The notes under the pieces are model-generated. The model saw nothing but the letters and a program-made list of their open reading frames with translations, did not search any database and was not told where the DNA came from. From the NCBI RefSeq assembly GCF_001194135.2, contig NC_068994.1, forward strand, positions 34,285,631 to 34,335,767: a DNA stretch of 50,137 bases, written 5' to 3'. The position numbers were made by a program, and so were the translations under genes. Source of the DNA: Octopus bimaculoides. Lineage: Eukaryota. Positions 1 through 11,056 of this stretch are shown in pieces; the first letter of the stretch is position 1, and each line of letters opens with the position of its first letter.

Positions 1-184
1 CTGGTGAGAGAGGACAGTTGAAATATCATTACAAAAGACAGTTAATTTATTTAGAACTCCCTTGTTATATATTCAAGAAAGCCAGTACTTTTGACCGGCT
101 TCCTATCTCTTCTCTCTCTAACTTTCCCTTTCTTTCTCACTCTCTTTCACACTCTCTCTTCTCTCTTTCCCTCTCATTCTGTCC

Positions 185-230
<46 letters not shown>

Positions 231-258
231 ACCACTGCTACCGCTGTACCGCCGCCGT

Positions 259-462
259 TGACGTCACTGCCTTGCCGTCAATAAATAACTGCATTGTCAC
301 CGCCAATCAAAAGCTAATATTCCTTATTATCTTAGCAGCTGTTCTGAGGTTCAGTCAAAAGCTTACCAATGTTCAACGAAGCAGGAAGAAACCAATAGAA
401 TTGACGGCGGCTTTCTTTGGTTATAACAGAAGGACTTCTGAGGAAAAGCTAGTTACCATTGG
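259..462. promoter_or_regulatory. Candidate CRE/CCAAT motif cluster
   Basis: TGACGTCA at 259-266, half-CRE sites at 276-280 and 402-406, CCAAT at 303, 366 and 392, and ATTGG at 458. Confidence 0.3.
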
Positions 463-896
463 AAAATATAGATCTTTTAGCTAGTTCTATTCTCTCGCCT
501 GTTTAGATTGATTCTAACAATAGCGTTTACACCACTTCCCCTCTCTATCTTCCCTCACCCCCACCACTATCCTTTCTTCTACATTCCTGCCTCTTGTTCA
601 TCCACCATCAACATTACCACCACCACCACCACCACNNNNNNNNNNNNNNNNNNNNNNNNNNNNNNNNNNNNNNNNNNNNNNNNNNNNNNNNNNNNNNNNN
701 NNNNNNNNNNNNNNNNNNNNNNNNNNNNNNNNNNNNNNNNNNNNNNNNNNNNNNNNNNNNNNNNNNNNNNNNNNNNNNNNNNNNNNNNNNNNNNNNNNNN
801 NNNNNNNNNNNNNNNNNNNNNNNNNNNNNNNNNNNNNNNNNNNNNNNNNNNNNNNNNNNNNNNNNNNNNNNNNNNNNNNNNNNNNNNNNNNNNNNN

Positions 897-954
<58 letters not shown>

Positions 955-1599
955 ACACATACACGTACTCATCTTCACAGTTATATACATAATATCTACA
1001 CGCGCACACTCATATTCTCATGTGAATGCACACACACACATATATGTACATACATGTATATAGACATCCATACATATAGATGTATATGCATATGTGTGTG
1101 TGTGGGTCTGTATATACATATATGTGTGTAAATATGCTTGTATGTTTGTAGGATACAAAGACAAACGAATCTAGGCGAGAGATTTAATCAATGAGAATGC
1201 ACAACTGCTAACATGTACCCGGTACTATGATTTTAAGAATATGGCGAGTTAAACAAACTGGAAAAATGTATTTGAAGTAAAGTCTGCCAAAAAACAGATT
1301 GAAACAAAATTTTAAAAAGTGAAATATTTATCACAAATTACAATGCGAGCCGCTTAGATGCTTCGGTAACCATCACCTAACCAGCCGCTGTTGAACTAAA
1401 GACATTTGCTTGGCCGCATGATATACGGCAGTTATTATCATAACGACCATCACAAGGTCCAGTTCATGTGGTATCGTAGCTTATGTGCCTCAATGACCCT
1501 GAGAGCTATACTCGATAGGTCAAAGGATAGAGGCCAGACTAAAATAGACTGCCTCTTCTCCAATGTAAAAATGGGTTTGTGTGAGGCCAACACCCATTC

Positions 1600-1830
1600 A
1601 AAAAGGCAAGGTTACAGAAGCATGGATGACAGCTCAAAACCAACAAGAACTGGAAGTGGAAGGCCTTCCCTTAGGAAAACATATGAACTTACATCGGAGG
1701 CGGAAGAGACAGAGCTGAAAAAGCAAGGATCTAACTGGAGAGAAAAAGAAAAGACAGCCTAGTCCGAAACAGTGGGGATAAACTGCCGATGGCCTATGAT
1801 CCACATGTTTAAGAGAAGAGAGATTAACAT
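1600..1830 (+). mobile_element. Degenerate 3' end of an RTE-like LINE
   Basis: Translated fragments GSGRPSLRKTY...GSNWREKEKTA and WG*TADGL*STCLREE resemble RTE ORF termini (GRPRxTW...WxxLERLA...GLCS). Confidence 0.4.
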
Positions 1831-2486
1831 AAGGGGTGATTGGTATGTAAGTCGACGAGCAACGCACCAAAGGACCGAATGGTTTCTATTTATCACCGAA
1901 AAATACTTGGTATTTCTTTGCTGTTCATAAGTGTGAGTAAAATTTCAACGGGAGTTGAAGTTTGAATTTTAAATCGACAACCAACGAAGATGCACACAGC
2001 CTACATATTCAATGTCTTTTTCTTAGTCATTACAAAGATTCTTATAATTTTAGTGATTGGCTACTCATGTTATATAGCAGGATGTAATAGAATTCCATAT
2101 CGTTTACGTTTCTCACTGCTATGTCTACAACTAAAGAATATTGTTCACTGATAATTAACTTTATTTCATTTATTTATTTATATATGTATATATGTATTTC
2201 TGCATAGTGTGATTTCTATCTGACTTGGGAATTAATTAAAGTAATTACTTCGAGGAAGACCCATTTTAGCCATCTAATAACACGCAAAAACTGTTTTAAT
2301 TTGTTTTAGTCATCTATTTCAAAATAGACGGTATATAAATAAATATAACACTTTGTTTGTTTGTGTGTGTGTGTGTGCGTGTTTAGTTGGTTAAAACGGA
2401 TCTTACTTGATATAATTGTTTAAGTTCCAAGATAGCTTTAGATCAACTCATAGAGTACATCTCATCAGAATTAATTAAAATAACCT

Positions 2487-2707
2487 TTAATCCTTTTAGC
2501 ATTCAGTTTACTCTGTCAAATGAGCTTATTTATTTACGTTGTTTTAAATTGGTCGTGCATTGTGACGTAGCTTCAAGATTTCCATTATGTAGCTGTTTTT
2601 AGAATCACACTGTAGTGTAAGCGTGGAAGGTCAGATTTGGCCGGTCCAATATAAAACAGACAGGACATTTGGGCCAGATATAGACGGTTTAAATGCTACA
2701 GAATTAA
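2487..2707. mobile_element. Degenerate piggyBac-like MITE
   Basis: TTAA at both ends with decayed TIRs (tccttttagcatt / aatgctacagaa). Confidence 0.45.
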
Positions 2708-2790
2708 AAAGTAGTCACAAGATATGTTGTCTTTAGAATAAAAACAAAAACAAAAAGCATATTTGAGGGTATCAATATATATGTATATAC

Positions 2791-3010
2791 ATTCTTTTAC
2801 TTGTCTTTCACACTTTTCAGTCATTTTGACTGCGGCCATGCTGCAGCACCGCCTTAAAGGGCCTTAGTCGAAGAAATCGACCCCAGAAATTATTTTTTGT
2901 AGGCCCAGTACTTATTCTATCGGTCACTTTTGCCGAACCACTGAGTTATGAGAACATAAACACACCAACATCGGTTGTCAAGCGACGGTAGGGGGAACAA
3001 GCAGATACAG
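2791..3010 (-). mobile_element. SINE family A, 3' part
   Basis: Matches the 3' half of the full copy at 45611-45975 (gactgcggccatgctg...gccgaacc...gttgtcaagcg). Confidence 0.8.
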
Positions 3011-3037
3011 TCACACATACATACGTACAAACATACC

Positions 3038-3077
3038 GGCCATGACGAAGGGAAATAGCCCTGAAACTCGAGTCGCC
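3038..3077 (+). ncRNA. Minimal type-I hammerhead-like motif (Penelope-type)
   Basis: GGC-CATGACGA-AGGG(aaatag)CCCT-GAA-ACTCGAGT-C-GCC: near-canonical core, stem II, palindromic stem III and a GUC triplet. Confidence 0.5.
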
Positions 3078-3315
3078 TTTATATATTTATATTTATATAT
3101 TTATATATTTGATCCTTTATATTGAACACTCAATATTTCATCTACATTCAATACTTTCTTTCATGGTGCCATCCATTTTTATTTTATTTTATTTCATATT
3201 GTATATTGTATATTATATTATATATTGTATATTCCATATTCTATACCCCACATTAGTTCTGCAGGAATATAAATAAAACATAAAAAACAGACAGTGTTGG
3301 AACTCTTTTAAACAA

Positions 3316-3358
<43 letters not shown>

Positions 3359-3417
3359 TAGATAGATAGATATAGATATATAGATACACACATACATACA
3401 TAAATACATACATATAA

Positions 3418-3552
3418 TTCTTAGCGGCATTTCACCCTTCTTTACGTTCTGAGATCAAATTTCGCCGGGGTAATTTTGCTTTTCATCCTTTCGATGTAAT
3501 CAACTTAACTCCTCCCTCTAACTTGCTGGCCTTGTGCCAAAATTTGAAACCA
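3418..3552 (+). mobile_element. SINE family B fragment
   Basis: cttagcggcattt...cgttctgag...ttttcatcctttcg...ggccttgtgccaaaatttgaaacc, shared with 33684-33897. Confidence 0.75.
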
Positions 3553-4349
3553 GTACATATTTCTATGGCTGTCAGAGAAGAAGAAGCAGTATCTATGATT
3601 CTTAGAAACGACTCTGAAATTGGTACGTAAGTGGAGGCGGCGAAAGACCATGACTCATATAGCGCGACAGGAGAAAGTAGTATATCAAAATATCGGATTA
3701 TACACAAACCGTTGACCCACTCGTTTTAATACTGGCAATAAAATGAACTTAACTAAAGGCATTCAAAAGCCAAGGGAGGAATTTAAGCCGACTAACGAAT
3801 TAGATCAATCGGCTAAGGAAGTATAAAATCCATCTAATTGCCTTCTGCACAGCTCTGTTTGGATTATCTTAAAGGAATTTGGGGAATGACGTCAGAACAT
3901 TTACTGATGGAAGACTCGAAAGTGAAAGTAAAATCAAATTTATTATAAAACTAGTTTTGGTAGTTTTTACTGGGTCTGAATGTTCGACTGACGGTTTATG
4001 CAACCATACTATACACACAAACAGACAGAGAGACACATACACAGGTACACACATACACACGCACGCTTGCACAAACGCATACATATATGTAAACATATCT
4101 AATACATTAATATACATACACATATATATGCATACGTATATATGCACGCGTGCGCGCGCACGCAAACAGAATAGAAACAATGAACACAGAATGAAGGAAG
4201 ACAACTCAGAAAGACAAGTTTTAAGAAATATTGTATTCGCTTAACGCTTAAAAGGAAGTGGAATAGTCATTACATTTCGGACGCTAGACCTTCATCAGAA
4301 AAAAAAGTATAGAAGAAAAGTGCTGGAGAGCGAAAGAGAAATAGTGATT

Positions 4350-4740
4350 GGAGATTCATTGAACTGTGGCCATGCTGGGGCACTGCTTTGAAAGGGTTTA
4401 GCCGAGAAAATCGACCCCCCAGTACTTATCTTTTTAACTCTTTACTTATTATATCGGTTTCTTTTGTTAAACCGATAAGTTGTGAGTTATAAACAAACCA
4501 ATACCGGTTGTCAAGTGTTGTTGGTGGTGGTGGTGGAGAAATGCAAAGATACAAACGCATACGTATATGCATACACCCGATAGGCTTCTACACAGTTTCC
4601 TTCTACCAAATTTACTGGCAATGCGTTCGTCGACCCGGAGATATTGTAGGAGACACTCGTGCTAGGTGCCACACAGTAGGGTTGAACCCGAACCACCTGA
4701 CTGCAAACCAAGCTTCTTGACTAAACAGCTCATGGCTGCA
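4350..4740 (-). mobile_element. SINE family A, diverged near full-length
   Basis: Colinear with 45611-45975 in reverse, including the tRNA-like head. Confidence 0.75.
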
Positions 4741-4854
4741 CATCGTGCAAAAGAAAAACGGAAAAGAATATTTCTGGGAAAAAAGGGAATTATTGAGTTG
4801 AGGGAGAGTAAGTGAGGGAGAGTAAGTGAGGGAGAGGGAGAGAAGGAGAGAGAA

Positions 4855-4885
<31 letters not shown>

Positions 4886-5010
4886 AAGAGAGAGAGAGAA
4901 GGAGAGAGAAAAAGAGAGAGAGAGAAGGTAAGGGAGAGAGATTGAAGAATAAATAGTTACAAAGGGGAAGTGAGTGATAGAGGAGAAAACAAATAGTAAG
5001 AAGTGTGTAC

Positions 5011-5240
5011 CTTGGGTACTGCAGGTAAAGGCTTTGCATAAGATGTAAAACTATTCCTCATTGGTAAATTCCAGTGCTGTGAAGGGATGTTGGGACTGGC
5101 ACTGGTCACCCGGATTGACTTCAAGTCAATGACGTCATTGGATGTTGGGTTCGGGCAGATATTACCTTCGTTTGAACCCTTTGTGGTCGGATTGGTATGT
5201 TTACCTCGGCTGAGTGTATGTAACTGGGAAGACTTATGCC
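5011..5240 (-). CDS. PCDH: Protocadherin cytoplasmic exon 3 (inferred): (G)HKSSQLHTLSRGKH...HWNLPMRNSFTSYAKPLPAVPK; may instead read through to TAA at 4957
   Basis: Long polypyrimidine tract then attgcag| acceptor. The phase-1 start completes GGG (Gly) with exon 2, and the frame is open. Ends at a possible weak donor AAG|GTACAC. GC-richer unique island between purine microsatellites. Confidence 0.75.
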
Positions 5241-5534
5241 CTGCAATCATAAGAAGAATACACCGACATGAGAAGAGAGTAAAAAACAAAAAGAAAAAAA
5301 GAAAAGGAACCAGAAGAAAATAAGAAGGAGCAGGTGGGAGTAGAAAAAAAGGGGAGAGAAGGGGAGAAGGAGAAGAAGGGTTGCTATATATGCTGATATC
5401 GTTTTTAATTTAATTAAGTTTGAGCCAATCAAGATAATTTGAATACAATAGATAAATGCGCATTCATCAGAGAAATATATGCAGACGTGTGCATATGTGT
5501 ATGTATGTATGTATGTGTGTGTATATATATATAT

Positions 5535-5590
<56 letters not shown>

Positions 5591-5977
5591 GAATAAGTGG
5601 AGCAGAAATATACAAGAGGATGAAAAGTGTCGCTGAAGAGGTCACATATGTGTAACGAAAAATTTTCGGACAATGGATATAAGTTAAAATGAGAAAAGTA
5701 ATAAACGAATGAAGAATGAATATATAGTGCATGTGTTTATTTGGCAGAAAAAAAAATGACAATCCCGAAATATAATATATATATATATATACAGGCACAT
5801 TTATGTGTGNNNNNNNNNNNNNNNNNNNNNNNNNNNNNNNNNNNNNNNNNNNNNNNNNNNNNNNNNNNNNNNNNNNNNNNNNNNNNNNNNNNNNNNNNNN
5901 NNNNNNNNNNNNNNNNNNNNNNNNNNNNNNNNNNNNNNNNNNNNNNNNNNNNNNNNNNNNNNNGTGTGTGTGTGTGT

Positions 5978-6013
<36 letters not shown>

Positions 6014-6017
<4 letters not shown>

Positions 6018-6250
6018 CGTGTTGCTTAGTGGTTGGAGTATTGGACTCAAGATCGTAATATTATGGTTTCGATTCCTCTAGCCTGGTGATGCGTTGTGTC
6101 TCTGAGCAAAACACTTCATTTCATGTTGCTCCAGTCCACTCAGCTAGCAAAAAGAAGTGATCTTGTGATAGGCTAGCGTCCAGTACTGGGGGAATACATA
6201 CTATACACTATCTGTAAAACCGGCATTACGAGCCTATAACTCGGGAATAA
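6014..6250 (+). mobile_element. tRNA-headed SINE family D
   Basis: A-box-like tgcttagtgg, B-box ggtttcgattcc, central tctgagcaaaacacttcattt, tail gcgtccagt...ggggaatacata. Confidence 0.7.
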
Positions 6251-6314
6251 CCTTGATCCTTACTCACACACAAACTCATACACACTCACACGCATACACA
6301 TATTCATGCATGTA

Positions 6315-7207
6315 TATGGTGGTTGTCTACTCCTTAAACAGAGTTTGACCACCTCCTGCACCTACACCTTAGCCCTTTCATGGCGTCTGATGTGGCTTTT
6401 TAAACCAGACAGTGTTTTGAAAAAACACCCACACAGATTGCACCTCTGATTTGCACTACCAATACCTGCAAGTAAGTTCTGCTCATTGTGGATCCTAACA
6501 TGTCTTTTAAGATCCCCATTGGATTTGCAAACCCTCTGGCACCCACCACATTCAAACGTGTGCACAGACATATAATCAGAATAGCTGGATCAGGTTTGTT
6601 TTCCATGGGTTCGCAGGTGAGATTTGAGGCCAGCCAAGGACAGACATGGTCTGTCACAGACTGTGCACACAAAAAGGTCCTTGTCATTCACCTTCTCAAT
6701 TTTTACATTTTTCCTTAAATATCTCTTGAGCCCTGCTTGCATCATCCTGGCCTCTTNNNNNNNNNNCCTGCACCTACACCTTAGCCCTTTCATGGCGTCT
6801 GATGTGGCTTTTTAAACCAGACAGTGTTTTGAAAAAACACCCACACAGATTGCACCTCTGATTTGCACTACCAATACCTGCAAGTAAGTTCTGCTCATTG
6901 TGGATCCTAACATGTCTTTTAAGATCCCCATTGGATTTGCAAACCCTCTGGCACCCACCACATTCAAACGTGTGCACAGACATATAATCAGAATAGCTGG
7001 ATCAGGTTTGTTTTCCATGGGTTCGCAGGTGAGATTTGAGGCCAGCCAAGGACAGACATGGTCTGTCACAGACTGTGCACACAAAAAGGTCCTTGTCATT
7101 CACCTTCTCAATTTTTACATTTTTCCTTAAATATCTCTTGAGCCCTGCTTGCATCATCCTGGCCTCTTCAAATGCTTTCACTCCACTCCACACCCTTGTT
7201 CGCCATC
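6315..7207 (-). mobile_element. 5'-truncated RTE-clade LINE 3' end encoding three C2H2 zinc fingers
   Basis: WRTRVWSGVKAFEEAR...FVCTVCDRPCLSLAGLKSHLRTH is a typical RTE ORF C-terminus. Two more C2H2 fingers follow in frame after one TGA. Confidence 0.8.
6355..7168. repeat. Identical 402-bp direct repeat around a 10-N gap (probable assembly artefact)
   Basis: 6355-6756 equals 6767-7168, and the copies abut the gap exactly. Confidence 0.85.
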
Positions 7208-8331
7208 CAACTATATATATACATATATATATACATATACAAATATAAATATATATATATATGTATGCATGTACCCACGTATGTATGTATGTATGTATGT
7301 ATGTATGTATAGGTACTCGGTGAAAAAGAACCCAATGTCGCTTTCGTAGTTTATCTGCAAAGTAAGACATGGCGGGATCACAAATTTTAAGAGATACTGA
7401 GTTGAGTGGTCTAATTTGCCAAACCATATTTTGATAACACTCTACAGAGGATGCACCTGACAACTCTACCCCACGACCCTTCCAGAGATAGTGGGTGTAA
7501 AAGATGGCTGCATGAAAGGATGGATATTCATAGGGATATAGGCGGTTAGGTTTTATTTAAGTAATACCAACCGTTTTCTTTAAAAGTCAATATATTTGCT
7601 TCAATCCACCTAAAATTTTTCTTTTCTTCTTTCCCTTCTTCAGCCCTTGGGAAAAACTTGAATATAGTCACCACTCTCTTGTCATCTTCCCTGCATCTTT
7701 CGCCATTCCATCAGTTATTTACATATTCATACACCTTGCATTTTCCAGTTCACATCAACACTCGTTTCTGATGAATACATATTTTCTTCATTACGATACT
7801 CTACATATTATATCTCTTGTTATCTTTAGTCAAGCAACGAACGCTCGTCTTCCTATTACATTTCTCTCTCTCTTCCTCACTACTCCACTCTCTCCATCTC
7901 TTTCTATCGCCTTCTCTCTCTCTCTTTCTTTCTCTCTCTCGCTTGCATGTTCCGTTCTTTCTACCGGCCTGTGTGTTTCTGTTTTAGATCTCTCTATCTT
8001 TTTATCAGCTCAAAACCTCCATATTTCGTCAACCATATTCTCGCAGTCTGCATCCATACATAGTTCGCAGTATAATAGGTTTCTTACCCTCTCTTTTATA
8101 TCTCGTCTTACATCTAAATTTTACATTGTAAACGTTTAAATCTTACAATCTGAGTATTCATAAGTCTCATTTAACCAAATATATTATAGTGGAGTGAGGG
8201 TGGAATTTCTGATAAAACCCTGAGTCGTATCGAAAAAGCATAGCACGAAATTCGAAGTAACGACGGTATAAAATCTGAGACTAAACTGCTATTATTTGTT
8301 ACTCCATGTATTGATTATTTTCTTCTTTCTT

Positions 8332-8403
<72 letters not shown>

Positions 8404-10205
8404 TACACACACACACACACATACACACACACACACAAATACATATACACACAACACCTATAAACACATAAATACATACACTCACACACAAATATATATG
8501 TATATATACACACATCATACATTCATACATATATATATATATATATACACATATATACGTGAGCGTACATATCTACATGTGTGTGTATATGTGTGCGTAT
8601 GTGAGGGTATGTGTGTGTGCGTGTGTGAATCCGTGTGTGAGTGAGTGTGTCTGTGTGCGTACGTATGCATGTAACATACACGAATATATATAATATATAT
8701 ATATATACATATACATGTATGATATATATATATAAATATACATTTATATATATATATATATATATATATATNNNNNNNNNNNNNNNNNNNNNNNNNNNNN
8801 NNNNNNNNNNNNNNNNNNNNNNNNNNNNNNNNNNNNNNNNNNNNNNNNNNNNNNNNNNNNNNNNNNNNNNNNNNNNNNNNNNNNNNNNNNNNNNNNNNNN
8901 NNNNNNNNNNNNNNNNNNNNNNNNNNNNNNNNNNNNNNNNNNNNNNNNNNNNNNNNNNNNNNNNNNNNNNNNNNNNNNNNNNNNNNNNNNNNNNNNNNNN
9001 NNNNNNNNNNNNNNNNNNNNNNNNNNNNNNNNNNNNNNNNNNNNNNNNNNNNNNNNNNNNNNNNNNNNNNNNNNNNNNNNNNNNNNNNNNNNNNNNNNNN
9101 NNNNNNNNNNNNNNNNNNNNNNNNNNNNNNNNNNNNNNNNNNNNNNNNNNNNNNNNNNNNNNNNNNNTGTATGTATGTATATATGTATGTATGTATCTAT
9201 GTATATATGTATGTATGTATATATGTATGTATGCATCTATCTATGTATGTACGTACGCTTGTATGTAAGCATGTATGAGAATGTATGTATGTTTATACGT
9301 TTCTATGTAGATATGAATGTATGTATGTACGTAAGTATGTGTGTATATGTAAGTACGTATGTATTTAAGTATACATGTACACATGTATGTATTTGTGTAT
9401 GAAAATGTATTATTTATTTTTTAGTATTACCGTATGTATTTAACTGAGTGTGCATGTATATATGTATGTATATATGTATATATAAATATATATACATATA
9501 TGTATGTATATATGTATGTATGTATGAATAGATGTATATATGTATATTTAAATAAAGGTATATATATATATATGTATATATTTGTGTGCGTGTGTGTGTG
9601 TGTACCTACATATATGCACATATATGTATTCGTATGTATGTATATATGTATATACATGCATACAGATATATATATATATATATTTATATCTATAAAGTAT
9701 ACAGACATATGTAAAAACGCAAATTTATAGTATATACAAACGTGTGTTTGTGTCTCTCTGCATGTGTGCGTGCGCGCGTGTGTATATATATAATATATAT
9801 GTATGTAGGCTTATGTGTAAATTATATATGTATATACGTATGTTCAGAAGTATATACATATATATAAATATATATATGTATGTATGTAAATCTGATTTGC
9901 GTGCCTGTGCGTGTGAGTGTGTGCGTGTGCATGTGTATTATGTATAAATGTGAGCTGTCTGTATATTTATACAGAAACTACTGCTTTATCGGGAGACAAC
10001 AAAATGAACAGCCACCATATCATATATTTTATTATTCGCCATCTGTTGTTTAACAATTATATTAATATATAACGCAGCAATGACGTTTTCAATTTAATTT
10101 TTAAATTTTCATATTCCTTGCGAAGAAAAAAACCATTTCCATCGTCTGCAGTGACATTTCCATCGGGTGCAGAGTTTACCGCTGTCGATGATGATGATGA
10201 TGATG

Positions 10206-10242
<37 letters not shown>

Positions 10243-10617
10243 NNNNNNNNNNNNNNNNNNNNNNNNNNNNNNNNNNNNNNNNNNNNNNNNNNNNNNNNNN
10301 NNNNNNNNNNNNNNNNNNNNNNNNNNNNNNNNNNNNNNNNNNNNNNNNNNNNNNNNNNNNNNNNNNNNNNNNNNNNNNNNNNNNNNNNNNNNNNNNNNNN
10401 NNNNNNNNNNNNNNNNNNNNNNNNNNNNNNNNNNNNNNNNNNNNNNNNNNNNNNNNNNNNNNNNNNNNNNNNNNNNNNNNNNNNNNNNNNNNNNNNNNNN
10501 NNNNNNNNNNNNNNNNNNNNNNNNNNNNNNNNNNNNNNNNNNNNNNNNNNNNNNNNNNNNNNNNNNNNNNNNNNNNNNNNNNNNNNNNNNNNNNNNNNAT
10601 ATATATATATATATATA

Positions 10618-10800
10618 CAGGAGTTGGACAAGATAATGGAAGCACCTTAAAATTTCAAATAAATTTATTTTAATATAGGGTAGGACCGACTTTGGCAGTA
10701 ATTACGGATATTGTATGTGTTTAACATGAAAATAGTAAGTATTTACTGAATTACAAAATGAATGCTGCGCATTCATTTAGCAGTTTAGCAGTGTTTTAAT
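10618..10800. mobile_element. Tc1-like transposon end
   Basis: TA|caggagttggacaagataatggaagcacc after (TA)n resembles a Tc1 TIR. No second end is visible. Confidence 0.5.
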
Positions 10801-11056
10801 GATTTGAAATGTATATATGTATGTATTTATCTCTGTATCTGTCTATTTGCCTCTCTATCTGTGAGACTATCAATCTAGATATCTATTTCTTTCTCTATCT
10901 ATCTACCAATCTACCTGTCTATCTGTTCATCTATCAATCAAGCTACGAATCAATATATCTATCAATCTATCGATCAATGTAGCTACCTACCTACCTATAT
11001 ACCTATATGCGTATCTACCTATTTACCTATCTATCTACCTCCCTACAAACTTACTT

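Noticed and set aside
5035-5065. WIRS (WAVE-complex) motif in MRNSFTSY
   Set aside because: The residue two before S-F is Arg rather than a bulky hydrophobic, so it does not fit the consensus.
5060-5195. CRE palindrome (caatgacgtcattg) plus three ATTGG boxes as a promoter
   Set aside because: Falls inside inferred coding exon 3 (codons for SNDVIDL), so coding sequence explains it.
6355-7168. Tandem duplication of zinc-finger ORFs
   Set aside because: The copies are identical and meet exactly at a 10-N gap, typical of unmerged overlapping contig ends.
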